Positions 13,301 through 26,069 of a DNA stretch of 64,000 bases are shown here, piece by piece. How positions within the stretch are numbered: the first letter of the stretch is position 1; every line of letters starts with the position of its first letter. The stretch is taken from NCBI RefSeq assembly GCF_963921235.1, contig NC_086108.1, positions 21,638,001 through 21,702,000 of the forward strand. The letters are read 5' to 3'. The notes beneath the pieces are model-generated. The model was given only the letters and a program-made list of their open reading frames with translations. It ran no database searches and was not told the origin of the DNA. The translations under genes and the position numbers were made by a program. Source of the DNA: Mobula hypostoma. Taxonomy: Eukaryota.

Positions 13301-14113
13301 AAAATAAGATCAATCTGTTCATTCATAAAGTTAACAAAGTCCGAGTCCTGAAGCAACAGCGAATTAAAACGCCATTGTCTATTATTTTGTATATTGGCCA
13401 GAATTTTAATAGAAAGCTTAAGTGGAGCATGATCCGAAATGGTTATAGAGTCATAATCACATTTAATCACTGAGGAAATAAGACGAGAATCAATAAAGAA
13501 ATAATCAATTCTTGAATAGGAATGATGAACATGTGAAAAAAAAATCTTTTTCCTGAGGATGCAAAAAACGCCAAATGTCCGTCAACCCAGAATCAGAAAG
13601 GAATGAATTAATCAAAGTTGCAGATTTATTAGGTAAGGTCCGTAAAGGAGCCGAATGGTCCAAAGCTGGAGACAAACAGGTATTAAGATCTCCGCCCCAG
13701 ATCAATGAAAACTCATTCAAATTCGGAAACTGATTAAATACTGATTTATATAATTCCGGACAGTCCATATTAGGAGCATAAACATTAACCAAAACTACTT
13801 TTTTATTAAATAGTAAACCACTAACCAATAGAAATCTACCATTCGGATCAGAAATAATATCATGTTGTATAAAAGTAACTGAGGAGTCTATAAAAATAGA
13901 GACGCCTCGAATCTTAGCATTGGAGTTCGAATGAAACTGTTGGCCCTTCCAGAATTTAAAAAAACGTAGTCTGTCCCCCCTCCGCACATGGGTCTCTTGT
14001 AAAAATAAAATTTGTGCTTTAAGTCTCCGGAACACTTTAAAAACTTTTTTCCTTTTAATAGGATGATTAAGACCATTAGTATTCCAGGAGACAAAATTAA
14101 TAATAGACTCCAT
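10354..14113 (-). pseudogene. L1 ORF2 (APE endonuclease, RT, CCHC), about four frameshifts
   Basis: SWNTNGL, LQETH, NVYAPN, GDLN, SDH; KAPGPDG, YRPISLLN, GTRQGCPLSP, YADD; CDRC...HMFWSC, spread over five ORF-track pieces. Confidence 0.93.
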
Positions 14114-14885
14114 AAACCCTAAAGTCAACCCGCAACAAGGAGGATTGACGATAGGCTTGACCCACGAACCCGGAAAGGGAACAGAACATACAAGAGATAC
14201 CGGGAAGAAGAACGCAACCAATACTTCAATAATATATATAGCCCAAGAAGAAAGAAACTAAAATGTGAAGCCCCTCCCACCACCTCCCACCCCATGACCC
14301 CAAGGCCAAGGCTAAATCTAACACAGACCAGCCCGAAAGAAGCAAGCACTAAAACTACCCCCATGACTTCCGGTATACGCTCCCTAAAAAAAAGTGTAAA
14401 TATAAAAAAGATCAGCTGATTATAAAACAGTAAAAGAATAAAAAAAGATAACTCAATTAAAATAAACACATAACAGAATAAAAGCCAGAAAATATAAAAA
14501 AAACCGCAATAAACCCCAGACCCATAAGTAAACAAAACAACAAAAAAAAGAGATTATTAACATAAACTAGTTATAAAAACCTACAAAACAAAATAGATTT
14601 TTAAAAAAACTACAAAATTTAAGGCCACAAAGGAAATACGTAAAATGACGATAAGGAAGTAACCACCCAGAATCCCCTGGGAAAAAGAAAGAAATGATGC
14701 AGTTAAAAAGAAAGTTTAGCAACCATATTAAGTAATCAAAAATAAACTTTTCTGCCCAAATAGGGCAAAAAAAAATTAAGACCGACAAATTCACAGCCTC
14801 CGATCAACGGAGATAGTTAAAATATTACGATTAAGATGTTGAAGGTGAAAATTGATCCAGATAACTCTGGGCATCCGATGGAGAA

Positions 14886-15659
14886 TCAAAAAAAACGGAG
14901 GGCTCCATCCAAAGTGCGAATCCTTAGACGTGCTGGGTAAAGCAGCGCTGGTTTTAAATCCATCTTGTAGAGTTCCGACATCACAGATCTGTAATGAACC
15001 CGTTGATCCCGGATTGGTTTACTGAAATCCTCCACGAATCGGAACTTAAGATCCAAAAACTCAATGAAACCTTTAGATCGAAAGAATCGAAACAGTTTCT
15101 CCTTGTCTTGAAAGTAATGAAAACGTAAAATGACATGTCTAGGTTTATCTGACCTAGGCGAATATGATGGAACTCTGTGAACACGATCCAATAACGGTGG
15201 TTGGTCAGGAAATACAGTAGGAAATGCATCTTTTAAAAGTTGAGAAAAATACTTCATAGGGTTATCGGATTCAACAGCTTCACGCACCCCAGTCATTCGA
15301 AGATTCTGCCGTCGCATTCTAGATTCTAAGTCAGAGTTTTTAAAGGTCAGAAAGTCGAGTTTCTTCTTCATTACATTAATTGTTTCTTCGATTTTCTCCA
15401 TCTTGAGCTCACTTTGTTGCGTGGATTTTTGAAGATCAGATATAGCCGACCGATGTTCCGTAATAGATATTTGTATCTTCTCAATTGAATCGGCAATTTT
15501 CTGGAAACTAATTGAAATTTCCTCCCGAATTAGCTCCAATATAGCTTTCAAAGTCACCGGTGGTTCAGTCGGAGGGAAATCAGTACCTTTCGGTTTAACC
15601 GGAGGTTTGCCATCCTTCCCGTTTTTTCCATTCTTAGACATAGCAGACCTTAAACGCAT
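14886..15659 (-). CDS. L1 ORF1p (coiled coil plus RRM-like region)
   Basis: 257 aa ORF with heptad region then LESRMRRQNLRMTGVRE, DRVHR, PRHVILRF and LLYPARLRI, typical of L1 ORF1; possibly frameshifted at the extreme C-terminus. Confidence 0.85.
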   Translation of the reverse strand: MRLRSAMSKNGKNGKDGKPPVKPKGTDFPPTEPPVTLKAILELIREEISISFQKIADSIEKIQISITEHRSAISDLQKSTQQSELKMEKIEETINVMKKKLDFLTFKNSDLESRMRRQNLRMTGVREAVESDNPMKYFSQLLKDAFPTVFPDQPPLLDRVHRVPSYSPRSDKPRHVILRFHYFQDKEKLFRFFRSKGFIEFLDLKFRFVEDFSKPIRDQRVHYRSVMSELYKMDLKPALLYPARLRIRTLDGALRFF

Positions 15660-16414
15660 CCAATTATCGGAGAGCCCAATTTATTTCAAAGTAAAGTAAA
15701 AGTTGATGCCTTAATGGTTAATTAAAATATAGCTGATCATAAGAAAAAAAACTCAGAGGTAATGGAGCGAGTCAAGAACGCGACTTCACTCCATGAGCGC
15801 TACCGGAAGTCCCCAACATCTTAAATCACTATTCAATCTTTCCCTTCAAGAGGCAAATGACTTCATCCATTCATTTTATTTCTGATATGTGCAGCCTTTG
15901 AACTCTAGTACACAGAGAATAGTTAATAGGGAAACAACTGGTGGAATGCGTTGATGGACTGCTCCACAGAGGACCAGGTTCAGTTCACCAGACAGGCTTC
16001 TACATCATAACCTTCTGAGATGTTTGGAAGTACTTCTCTTTTGCAAATAAGTGTTGATCAGGGATGTCAAAGATCTATGCTACAATTACTCAACTGCCTC
16101 TGACAAGGAGCTGTCTTTGCTTTGCTTTGCTTGTATCTTTGCCAAGTCAAGAACAAGGACAATTACAGTATATACACATATAAATTATTAGAAATAATTT
16201 ATCTTGTCAACCATTTAACTAGAATATCAACCCCTTCAAAATGAGAGCATCCATTTTGCTTCTGGATGCTAGCCTGGACTTGAGCCAGCATCAATCCTCG
16301 CACTGGAAAGGCTAAAATGTGAACTATTCCATCAACATCCATGCTGTACCATTATACTGTACATCATTGTTCTCCAAAGAATACAGCTCTTTATAACCAT
16401 CAGTCCCTAATTAT

Positions 16415-19400
16415 AAACATAGAGTCAAAGGGGAGTACAGCACAGAAACAGGCCCTACAGCCTGTCTAGTCCATGCCAAAGCCATTTAAACTGCCTAGTC
16501 CCAATGACCTGTAACAGGACCATAGCCCTCCATATCCCTACAATCCACGTACCTATCCAAGAGTTGAAATCAAGCTTGCATGCACCACGTGCTGGCAGCT
16601 CATTCCACGTTCTCACAACCCCCTAAGCGAAGCAGCTCCCTGTCATGTTTCCCTTAAACTTCTCACTTTTCACCCTTAACCCATGACCTCTGATTGTAGT
16701 CCCACCTACCTCAGTGGAAAAAGCCGGCTTGCATTTACCCAACCTATACTCCTCATAATTTTATATACCTCTTTCAAATCTCCTCGCAATCTTCTACATT
16801 CAAAAGAATACAGTCCTAACCTATTTAATCTTTCCTCATAACCCTTGCAAATTTCCTCTGTACTCTCTCAACCTTGTTTACATCTTTCCTGCAGGTAGGT
16901 AAACAAAACCACCCATAATACTCCAAATTAGGCCTCACCAAGGACTTATACAACTTCAATATAACATCCCATCTCCTGTACTCAATATATTGATTTATGA
17001 AGGTCAACATGCCAAAAGCTCTCTTTACGAACTTATCTACCTGTGACGCCACTTTCAATAAAATATGGACCTATATTCCCAAATTTCCTTATTCTACTAT
17101 AGCCCTAAATGCCCTAACATTCATTGTGCGAGACCTACTTTGGTTGGTCCTACTGAAGTGCAACACCTCACAATTGTCTATATTAAATTCCATCTGCCAT
17201 TTATCAGCCCATTTTTCCAGCTGACACAGATCCCTCTGCAAGCCATGATAGCCTTCCTACATGCCCAATCTTGGTGTCATCCACAAATTTGCTAATCACC
17301 GCACGATCATCCAGATCATTAATATAAATGACAAACAAAGGACCCAGCATCAATCCCTACAGCACACCACTAGTCAGAGACCTCCAGTCAGAGAGAGAAA
17401 CCCTCTACCACCACCCTCTGGTTTCTCCCACAAAGCCAAAGTCTAATTAAATTTACTACCTCATCCTGAATGCCAAGCGACTGAACCTTCTTGCCCAGCC
17501 TTTCATGCAGGACCTTCTCAAATGCCTTACGAAAGTCCATGTAGACAACATCCACTGCCTTGTCTTAATTCACTTTCCTGATAACTTCCTCGAAAAACTC
17601 TATGAGATTGGTTAGATATGAGCTACCATGCACAAAGCCATGCTGAAGTACCTTTAATCAGTCCAGGTCTATCCAAATACTTATATATACGGTCTCTTAG
17701 AATACCTTCCAATAACTTTCCCATTACTGATGTCAGACTCACCAGCCTATAATTTCTTGGTTTATATTTGGAACCTTTCTAGAACAGCAGAACAACGTCA
17801 GCTATCCTCCAATGCTCTGGTACCTCCCTTATTGCTAAAGATGTTTGAAAATATTTCTGTGAGGGACCCAGCAGTAGGGTCCAAGGAAACACCTAGCCAG
17901 TCAGGCCCCAGGGATTTATCCATCCGGATTTGCCACAGGGCAGCAAACACCTCCTCCTCTGTAATCTGTACAGGATCCATGAAGCTGATGCCGCTTTGCC
18001 TCACTTGTACAGACTCTGTATCCATCTCCCAAAGGAAATAGCAATGGAAAGAATGTACTTAAAATCTCCCCATCTGTTTTGGCTCCACATAGATTACCAT
18101 TCTGGTCTACCAGAGGACTAATTTAGTCCCTTGCAATCCTTTTGCTCTTAACATACAGTGCCTATAAAAAAGTATTCACCCCCTTTGCAAGTTTTATTGT
18201 TTTACAGCACTGAATCACAGTGGATTTAATTTGGCTTTTTTGTTGACACCAATCAAAAAACAGACACTTTTGTGTCAAACTGAAAACAGATCTCCACAAA
18301 GGGATCAAAATTTATTATAATCATTGAAAACAAAATAATTGACTGCATAATTACTCACTCCCTTCAATTAAGTATTTAGTAGATGCACCTTTGGCAGCAA
18401 TTACAGCCTTGAGTATGTGTGGATAGGTCTCTGTCAACTTTGCACATCTAGACACTGAAACTTTTCCCCATTTTTCTTTACAAAACTGCTCAAGCTCTGT
18501 CAGATTGCATGAGGATCATGAGTGAACAGCCCTTTTCAAATCCAGCCACAAATTCTCAATCTGGATTCTGACCTGGCCTCTCCAGAACATTAACTTTGTT
18601 GTTTTTAAGCCCCTCCTGTGTAGCTTTGGCTTTATGCTTGGGGTCATTGTCTTGCTGGAAAACAAATCTTCTCCCAAGTCGCAGTTCTCTTGCAGACTGC
18701 ATCAAGTTTTCCTCCAGGATTTTCCTGTATTTTGCTGCATTCATTTTACCCACTAATTTCACAAGGCTTCCAAGGCCTGCTGCAGTGAAGCATCCCCACA
18801 ACATGATGCAGCCAACAAGCTTCACAGTAGGGATGACTTTTGATGATGTGCAGTGTTACATCAAACATAGTGTTTAGTCCGATGGCCAAAGAAGCTCAAT
18901 TTTGGTTTCTTCAGACCATAGAACCTTCTTCCAGTTGACTCTGTTGTCTCCCACATGCCTTCTGGCAAACTAGCCAAGAATTCAAGTGAGTTTTTTCTCA
19001 AAAGTGGCTTTCTCTTCACCACTCTCCCATAAAGTTGGGACCAGTGAAGCACTCAGGCAACAGTTGTTGTATGTGTAGTGTCTCCCATCTCAGCCACTGA
19101 AGCCTGTAACTCCTCCACAGTTGTCATACGTCTCTGGGTGGCCTCCCTCACTAGTCTCCTTCTTGCACAGCCACTCAGTTTTTGAGTATGGCCTGCTCTA
19201 GCTAGATTTAGAGCTGTGCCATATTCTTTCCATTTCTTAATGAGTGACTTAATTGTACTCCAAGGGATATTCAGTGCTTGGAAATTTTCTTGTATCCATC
19301 CTGACTCGTGCTTTACAAAAACTTTTTTGTGGAGTTGCTTGGAGTGTTCTTTTGTCTTCATGGTATAGTTTTTGCCAGGATACTGACTCACCAGCAGTTG

Positions 19401-20230
19401 GACCTTCCAGGTACAGGTATATTTTTACTACAATCAAATGAAACACCTAGCACACAGGTGAGCTCTATTTAACTAATTCCATGACTTCTACAACCAACTT
19501 GCTGCACCAGTGATGATTTGGTGTGCCCTAATAAAGGGGATGAATACTTATGCAGCAATTAAATATTTTCTGTTTTATATTTGTTATTAATTTAGATCAC
19601 TTTGTAGAGATTTGTAGAGTTGATCAGTGTCAAAAAAAACAAATTAAATCAACTGTGATTCATGTTGTAAAACAATAAAACATGAAAGCTTCTGGGAGGA
19701 GGGGAGTGAATACATTTTATAGGCACTGTATCTACAGAATCCCTTCGGATTCTCCTTAACCTTGTCTGCTAAGGCAACTTCATGCCTTCTTTTAGCCTTC
19801 CTGCTTTCTTTAAGCATTCTCTTGCATTTCCTGTACTCCATAAGCACCTCATTTGTTCCTACTTTCCTATACTTTCTTCCTTTTTTCTCTTAACCAGGGC
19901 CTGAATATCTCTTGAAGGTTCCCTACACTTATTATCTTTACTTTTTATTCTGACAGGCACAAAGCTTTGTACTCTCAAAATTTCATTTTTGAAAGCCTCC
20001 CACTTTTACACCTTTGCCAGAAAACTGTCCCAAAGCACACGTGCCAGATCATTTCTGATTCCATCAAAATTGGCCTTTCTCTGATTTAGAATCTCAACCC
20101 ATGGACCTATCTTTTTGCATGTTTACTTTGAACCAATGGCATTGTGGTCACTAGATGCAAAATGTTCTCCTACACAAACTTCTGTCTCATTCCCTAATAG
20201 CAGATCCAGTATTGCATGCCATCTCATTGG
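16415..20230 (-). mobile_element. Degenerate CR1 split by a Tc1 insertion
   Basis: YKSLVRPNLEY and ITEEEV motifs; NPKGFCRY continues across the Tc1 TA site into ttttgctcttaaca. Confidence 0.85.
18156..19728 (-). mobile_element. Tc1-like DNA transposon (1573 bp) with long IR/DR-type termini and decayed transposase (about 19361-18370)
   Basis: TA|CAGTGCCTATAAAA...TTTTATAGGCACTG|TA; roughly 200-bp imperfect inverted repeats; MLWGCF, FQQDNDPKH and KGASTKY motifs. Confidence 0.95.
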
Positions 20231-20231
20231 G

Positions 20232-20680
20232 ACTCCTCCACCACCTCAACTTCTTCTTGCAGAATGTATACAGGACTCATCACAGTCCTCTTCCTCCTAA
20301 AATCAATCACCATCTCCCTGCTTTTGGCCACATTCAGGAGCAAATGATTCCTCCCACACCACTCTACAAACTTGTCCACCAGTCCTCTGTACTCCAACTT
20401 CTGCCCATCTCTGAAACACCCAACCACCGCAGTCAGAGAACTTCTGCAAGTGACAAGACTCAAATTTGTACTGAAAGTCTGGGGTGTACAGTGTGAACAG
20501 AAACAGAAACAGGACAGGCCCTTGTAGTGCTCCAGTGCCACTCACCACCATCTCAGACACAGGACTGCCCAGTCATACCAACTGGGGTCTATCTGTCAGG
20601 TAATCAGTAATCCAGATGGTGGATTTGTCTACGCCCATTCTTTGCAGCTTCTCACTCAGAAGAAGTGGCTTTATTGTATT
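20232..20680 (-). mobile_element. Degenerate Rex1-like RT fragment
   Basis: SEMVVSGTGALQG, HLQKFSD and LLLNVAKSREMVIDFRR in the ORF track. Confidence 0.75.
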
Positions 20681-20952
20681 GCATTGAATTATATTCTGAT
20701 ATCATATTCAAATTGTCTGTGGATTTCAGTATGCTTGGTATTAGGCTCAATATGCTTAGACTCAGCCTTTATGTTCATGATGATTCGAGGCTTCCTGGGC
20801 AGATTGATTTGGCAATAGCAGCACCATGAGCTCTACAGCATGAATGTGGCCACTCTCCAGAGAAGTTCATATTTCCAGAAGTCATACTCTTGTTCTAAAT
20901 AATTAACACAAAAAGTAATCTTCAGGAAAAATAAAAATCAGGCTATACTCAC

Positions 20953-21135
20953 CAGTAGGAGCAGGACAGATTCTAATTGGCTTCTGCTTTTGAATGGACA
21001 TGACTGTTTGAACTGGTTTAATTATAATGGTTTTCCCAGTTAGCCCTGGACTTGGCTGTGAAACTGGTAATGCCGGAATAAAGATGGGCTTTGGTTGAAT
21101 TGGCTTCTGCTTTGATACATTTGAAGGAACATTTA
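20953..21135 (-). CDS. ATF6: ATF6 coding exon (exon 6 equivalent), NVPSNVSKQKPIQPKPIFIPALPVSQPSPGLTGKTIIIKPVQTVMSIQKQKPIRICPAPT
   Basis: Acceptor ttttttttgtttcag, donor gtgagt; 183 nt, phase 1->1; IQPKP, KTIII and KQ.PI...PAPT match human IQPKPLLLPAAP...[28 protein letters not shown]. Confidence 0.93.
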
Positions 21136-22185
21136 CTGAAACAAAAAAAAATTGTGTTTTTAATTATTTGTGCAAAAATGAGTTATTAAAATAAAAGGTT
21201 TTACAAATTTGGTATCAAAGCAGAATTTTGAGAAGTTAAATCATTTCATTTCATGATCAAATGCAAGTAAACAACTTATCCCTGTTCATTAATCTTAACA
21301 CTTTCAACTTTAAATCTCTTACATCAAACTCTTGGTACACATAATGTAGCTTTAACATTTTTTTATTATTTTAAACACACACACAGAAATAAAAAGAAAT
21401 TTAAATCAAATTGCTTTTTAAGAACTGCAATTAAATTCAGACTTGCTGAGGCAATTTTGAAAAATACTGCCTATATTTTGGCAATTGACAACACATGTTG
21501 GACACTTTGGTGTCTAGTGGCGACAACGGCCAAACACATTCCTGTGCTTACAGTTTCTTTGCCCTACATATGGCCAGTTTCTTCATATCAAACCATAAGA
21601 CATGTTTCTCTAACACTTTAGAAATCACTAAAGTCATTACCATCTTATGGATTCACATAAGAAGGGAGAAACATGCAAGAAAATATTCATTTCTCTTGGC
21701 AATTCATACTGTACAAGACTAGCCAAATTAGTCAACAGAAAAATAATGATCAGCATTTTTCAAAGTGACCAATCTAAACTGCTCACACACTTGGCATACC
21801 ATCAACAGGTGGATCCAATTGCTCCCGACATCACTTCAAGTAAAACTGTCACTACATTAAAATGTATAACAAAAATAAAACAGAAGGCAATAAATATCTT
21901 TAACACAAAGTTGGCTTCAGAGGTATGGTCTTAACACAAACTGTATTTTCTTCCACTTACATAACTTCAGTAACTTTCCTAATCAGTTAGAGCGCAAGTA
22001 TAATCCTAACACCTCAACATTAATAATATCGCAGTCTAATTTTCAAGACTGTATATGACAACTTTCAGATCCATTCCCCTTCTTGCTGAAACCGACCATC
22101 ACAACTTGAACAAAACTTTACATCATCTCCTCTCTGATCTCTCAAGCTCTACTCCAACACACCACTTATTCAAATGTTTAATATA

Positions 22186-23055
22186 CAGTTGGCCCTCCGT
22201 ATCCACGGGTTCTGCATCCACGGATTCAACCAACTGTGGATTGAAAATATTCGAAAAAAAAATTCCTTCAAGTTCCGAAAAGCAAAACTTGTATTTGCCG
22301 AGCACTACACTGAATCCACGCAAATGAAGTGATGTGTAGGCATACCCTGCTGTAGTCTCCCGCCATTTCATAGATCCTCAGTCTCTCTCCAGCACTTTTG
22401 TTTGAGCATCGTTCGCTACTTGTGTTGTGAGCGAGAGGAAGGTGTTTAAGGCTAGTAAGGGATGGCTGGCTAGCTATGTAAAGCGCTACAGCCTCAAGAA
22501 CTTAAAGATCACGGGAGAATCGGTATCAGCTAATGCCGGGGCAGCATTAGCGTTCCCAGAAGAGCTACGATGGTTGCGTCTGTACTGAACATATACAGAC
22601 TTTTTTTTAAAAACGCAAACAACGGGAATTCTGCAGATGCTGGAAATTCAAGCAACACACATCAAAGTTGCTGGTGAACGCAGCAGGCCAGGCAGCATCT
22701 CTAGGAAGAGGTACAGTCGACGTTTCAGGCCGAGACCCTTCCCTGAAACGTCGACTGTACCTCTTCCTAGAGATGCTGCCTGGCCTGCTGCGTTCACCAG
22801 CAACTTTGATGTGTGTTGCCAGACTTTTTTTCTTGTCATTATTCCCTAAACAATACAGTATAACAACTATTTACATAGCATTTACATTGTATTAGGTATT
22901 TAAGTAACCGCAAGATGATTTAAAGTATACGGGAGGATGTGCGTAGGTTATATGCAAATACTACACCATTTTATATAAGGGACTTGAGCATCCGCGGATT
23001 TGCTATCCGCAGGAGGTCCTGAAACCAATCCCCCGTGGATACCGAGGGACAACTG
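22186..23055 (+). mobile_element. Internally deleted pogo/Tigger element (Tigger3/Golem-like)
   Basis: TA TSDs; 24-bp TIRs CAGTTGGCCCTCCGTATCCACGGG / CCCGTGGATACCGAGGGACAACTG (22/24 match); internal FKASKGWLASYVKRYSLKNLKITGES transposase remnant at about 22445-22565. Confidence 0.9.
22608..22819. mobile_element. Fold-back PLE-tail insertion inside the Tigger
   Basis: Perfect 78-bp inverted repeat (22652-22729 / 22742-22819); 12-bp TSD CAGACTTTTTTT at 22596-22607 and 22820-22831. Confidence 0.9.
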
Positions 23056-25509
23056 TACTTTTAATCCTGTATAATTTCATATCAGGACATTAACATAAAT
23101 ATCTTTAATCAGCATCAATTGACCCAAGAACTCAAAACACCCACCTGTGAAAGCAATAACTGCCATCAATTTTCATAATCTTGATGCTTCAACTCCCATC
23201 TCCTCTCCCTTAACTGCAACACTGATAGTAGAATAATCTGCACTTAAAATCCTGAAATTCACTTCCAAATCACTTGGGTTTGCATCATCACTTCTCCCAG
23301 TTCTTCATCAGCTTCTTACACTGTCAATTTACTTCTTCACAAGCTACATGCAGTACTGACAATTTTTTCCTTTATTTACCCATTCTTCATTGGCTTGACA
23401 GACTATTTCACCTCAAGGTGCAAGTCTGATTTTAATGAAGACATTGCACACTCTTCCTTTCTGCTGGATGGGCCTCGGTATACAAAATCTGAATCTCATT
23501 TTCACATCAACCACAATGGTGATAGGTTGGGAGTTTCAAGAATTGGACCTTGTAAAAATAAAGGAACCATAACTTTGGGCCCAATCAGAATGGCAAGTGA
23601 ATGAATGAATGACACTAATTTTGTCCTCTTAACAATGAAGAATGGAACAGCAACAATGTCTCATGAGACAGATACATACCCCATCCTTGGTGGTAGATGG
23701 AATGTGGTTTGCAGAAGCTGCATGAAACATTACTCAAGTTTCAAATTCACTGAGTGCACAGAAGGTACCCTATGTAAATGGAGAGGGTTCTAATTGATTT
23801 TTACCCAATTCTTGGCTAATGAGAAGCTTTGAATTTGAGCTGCAGATCATGGAATCTGGACATCTCTGGAAAAACAGCAAGGTTGCTTCAACTTCTACTG
23901 AAAAGAGGTGGGGGTTATGCAAACTGGCAACAGAATCATTGCTTCATGCACAAGGCAAAAGAGGGGGGTTATCTGACTACAACAGCTGCTGTAGCCTATT
24001 ATGCTGGCAATCATAATGTTTACATTTATATTCATGCACTTGGATTTTATAATGCTACATATCAGAAATAAAATCTAACTCCAATATTTCAATATTCCAT
24101 GAGTAATAATAATTAGGATGGAAAATTATGTGGTTTAGCCAAAGAGATCATTTTTATCTCCAACTCTGGAACAATCAGCATGTAACCAACAATGGGAAAA
24201 GCAATTAATTTTGAGATTATATAGCGAATAACTTGAAGTATTCAAAACCTGGGCTTCAACAATTCTTTATGCAGCTGTTTCCACAATTTCCTGGATGTCA
24301 CGCCCCAGTTAGTACAGATTGGCAAATTTCAAGATGTATGGAGATTTCAAAATCATTATGGAGAAGGATAGTCTGGTCTTCGGGTTGAGAATGTGTATTG
24401 GATAAAAGCCAATTTTGATGGTATCAGAATGGCTCTGGCAAGTGTGGAGGTGTTTCCTGGCACAGGCAAGCTTGGTTAGTGGGAGGCCTTCAAAAGCAAA
24501 CTTTTAAGTGTATAGATCTTGTATTTTCCTGTCACAATAAAAGGCAAGGATAACAGGCTTAGGGGCCTTTGTTTTTGGGAGATATTGAGGCCCTGGTTAA
24601 GAAAAAAAAAGTGCATAGCAGGTATAGGCAGCACGGAACAAATGAGATACTGAAGAATAGAAGAAATTCATGGGAATATTTAAGACGGAGGGTTAAAAGA
24701 AGGCATGATGTTGCTTTAGCAGACAAGGTGAAGCAGAATCCCGAAAGAGTCTACAGATAGGTTAAGAGCAGAAGAATGACAAGGATCAATACTGGTCCCT
24801 TTGAAGATCAGCAAGGTCCAAAAGAGCTCCATGCATGGAGCCAAAAGAGATGAGAAAGATCTTAAACGGATTTTTTGCATCTGTATTTACTTGGGAAACA
24901 GACACAGAGTCTATAAAAATGAGGCAAAACAGCAGTGAGGTCATGGACTGTATACGGATTACAGAGGAGGAGGCACTTGCTGTCTTGAGGCAAATTTGGG
25001 TGCATAAATCCCCAGGGCCTGACAAGGAGTCCCTTCGGACGATGTGGGAAGCTAACACAGAAAATATGGGAGCCCTTGCTGAGGCATTTAAAACATCCTT
25101 AGCCACAGGTGAGGTGTCGAAGCATTGGGGGGTATTTAAATGTTGTTCTGTTGTTGCTAAATGTTGTTCCGTTGTTTTAGAAAGGCTCGAAGAATAAACC
25201 GGGAAATTTTGGGACAGTGAGCCTAATGTCAGTAAGTTATTGGAAGGTCTTTTAAGGACTGGATAAATAAGTATTTAGATAGACAGGGACTGATTAGGCC
25301 CAGTCAAAATGGGTGGGTGCATGGTAGGTCATGTCAAGCCAAACTATAGAGATTTTCCAGGTTACCAAGAAAGTTGATGACGGAAAAGCAGTAAATATTG
25401 TCTACATGGACTTTAGCAAGACCTTTGACAAAATCCTGCATGGGAGGATGATCAAAAAGGTTCAGTCCCTTGGCATTCAAGATGAGGTAGCAAACTGCAT
25501 TCAACATTG

Positions 25510-25720
25510 GGAGAATGGTCTGCACTGCGCAGGTGCATGACGTAGCGCGCCAAGGTTTAAAAAGAGGAATTTTCAACGGTTCTTGTTTCAGTCGAAGCAA
25601 GCAGCTGAGAAGAAGGGAGTGAAGAAATCACGTAGAAAAAGTCTTTTTTTTTAAACAGTGCTCGGAGAGAAGGGTCTGCACTGCGCAGGCGCATGACGTA
25701 CGGCGCCAAGGTTTAAAAAG
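25510..25720 (+). promoter_or_regulatory. Duplicated 55-bp CpG-containing module in the CR1 5' UTR, candidate internal promoter
   Basis: Two copies (25510-25564 and about 25666-25720) of GGTCTGCACTGCGCAGGYGCATGACGTA...GCGCCAAGGTTTAAAAAG; NRF1-like TGCGCAGGCGCA at 25682-25693 followed by a TGACGT core. Confidence 0.5.
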
Positions 25721-26069
25721 ATACCACCATATACAGCGGGCAGCATTGTGAGCAGGCAGTGGAGTGAGAGGGAGCAGAGTGGGACCGCTTTGGCTCAACA
25801 GGCTTCGGTGAGAACAGGCAGAGGCCAGGGTAGGTTCCGGTAAGTTTTTTGTCCAGATTGCTGGAGTAGAGAGAATGCCAGGCAGGATTTTGGAATGCTC
25901 CTCTTGCAGGATGTGGGAAGTCAGGGAGCCCTCCGGTGTCCCTGACGACGACACCTGCAAGAAGTGCATCCAGCTGCAGCTAATAACAAACTGCGTTAGG
26001 GAACTGGAGCAGGAGCTGGATGACCTCTGGATCATTCAGAAGAATGAGGAGATTATAGATAGTAGCTAC

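Larger units (their letters stand above)
10002..15813 (-). mobile_element. Full-length L1-clade LINE (about 5.8 kb)
   Basis: 5' end GGGACTTCCGG; ORF1; long spacer; frameshifted ORF2; AATAAA plus A-rich tail; 9-bp TSD CAACATCTT at 9993-10001 and 15814-15822; TT/AAGA-type cut site. Confidence 0.95.
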
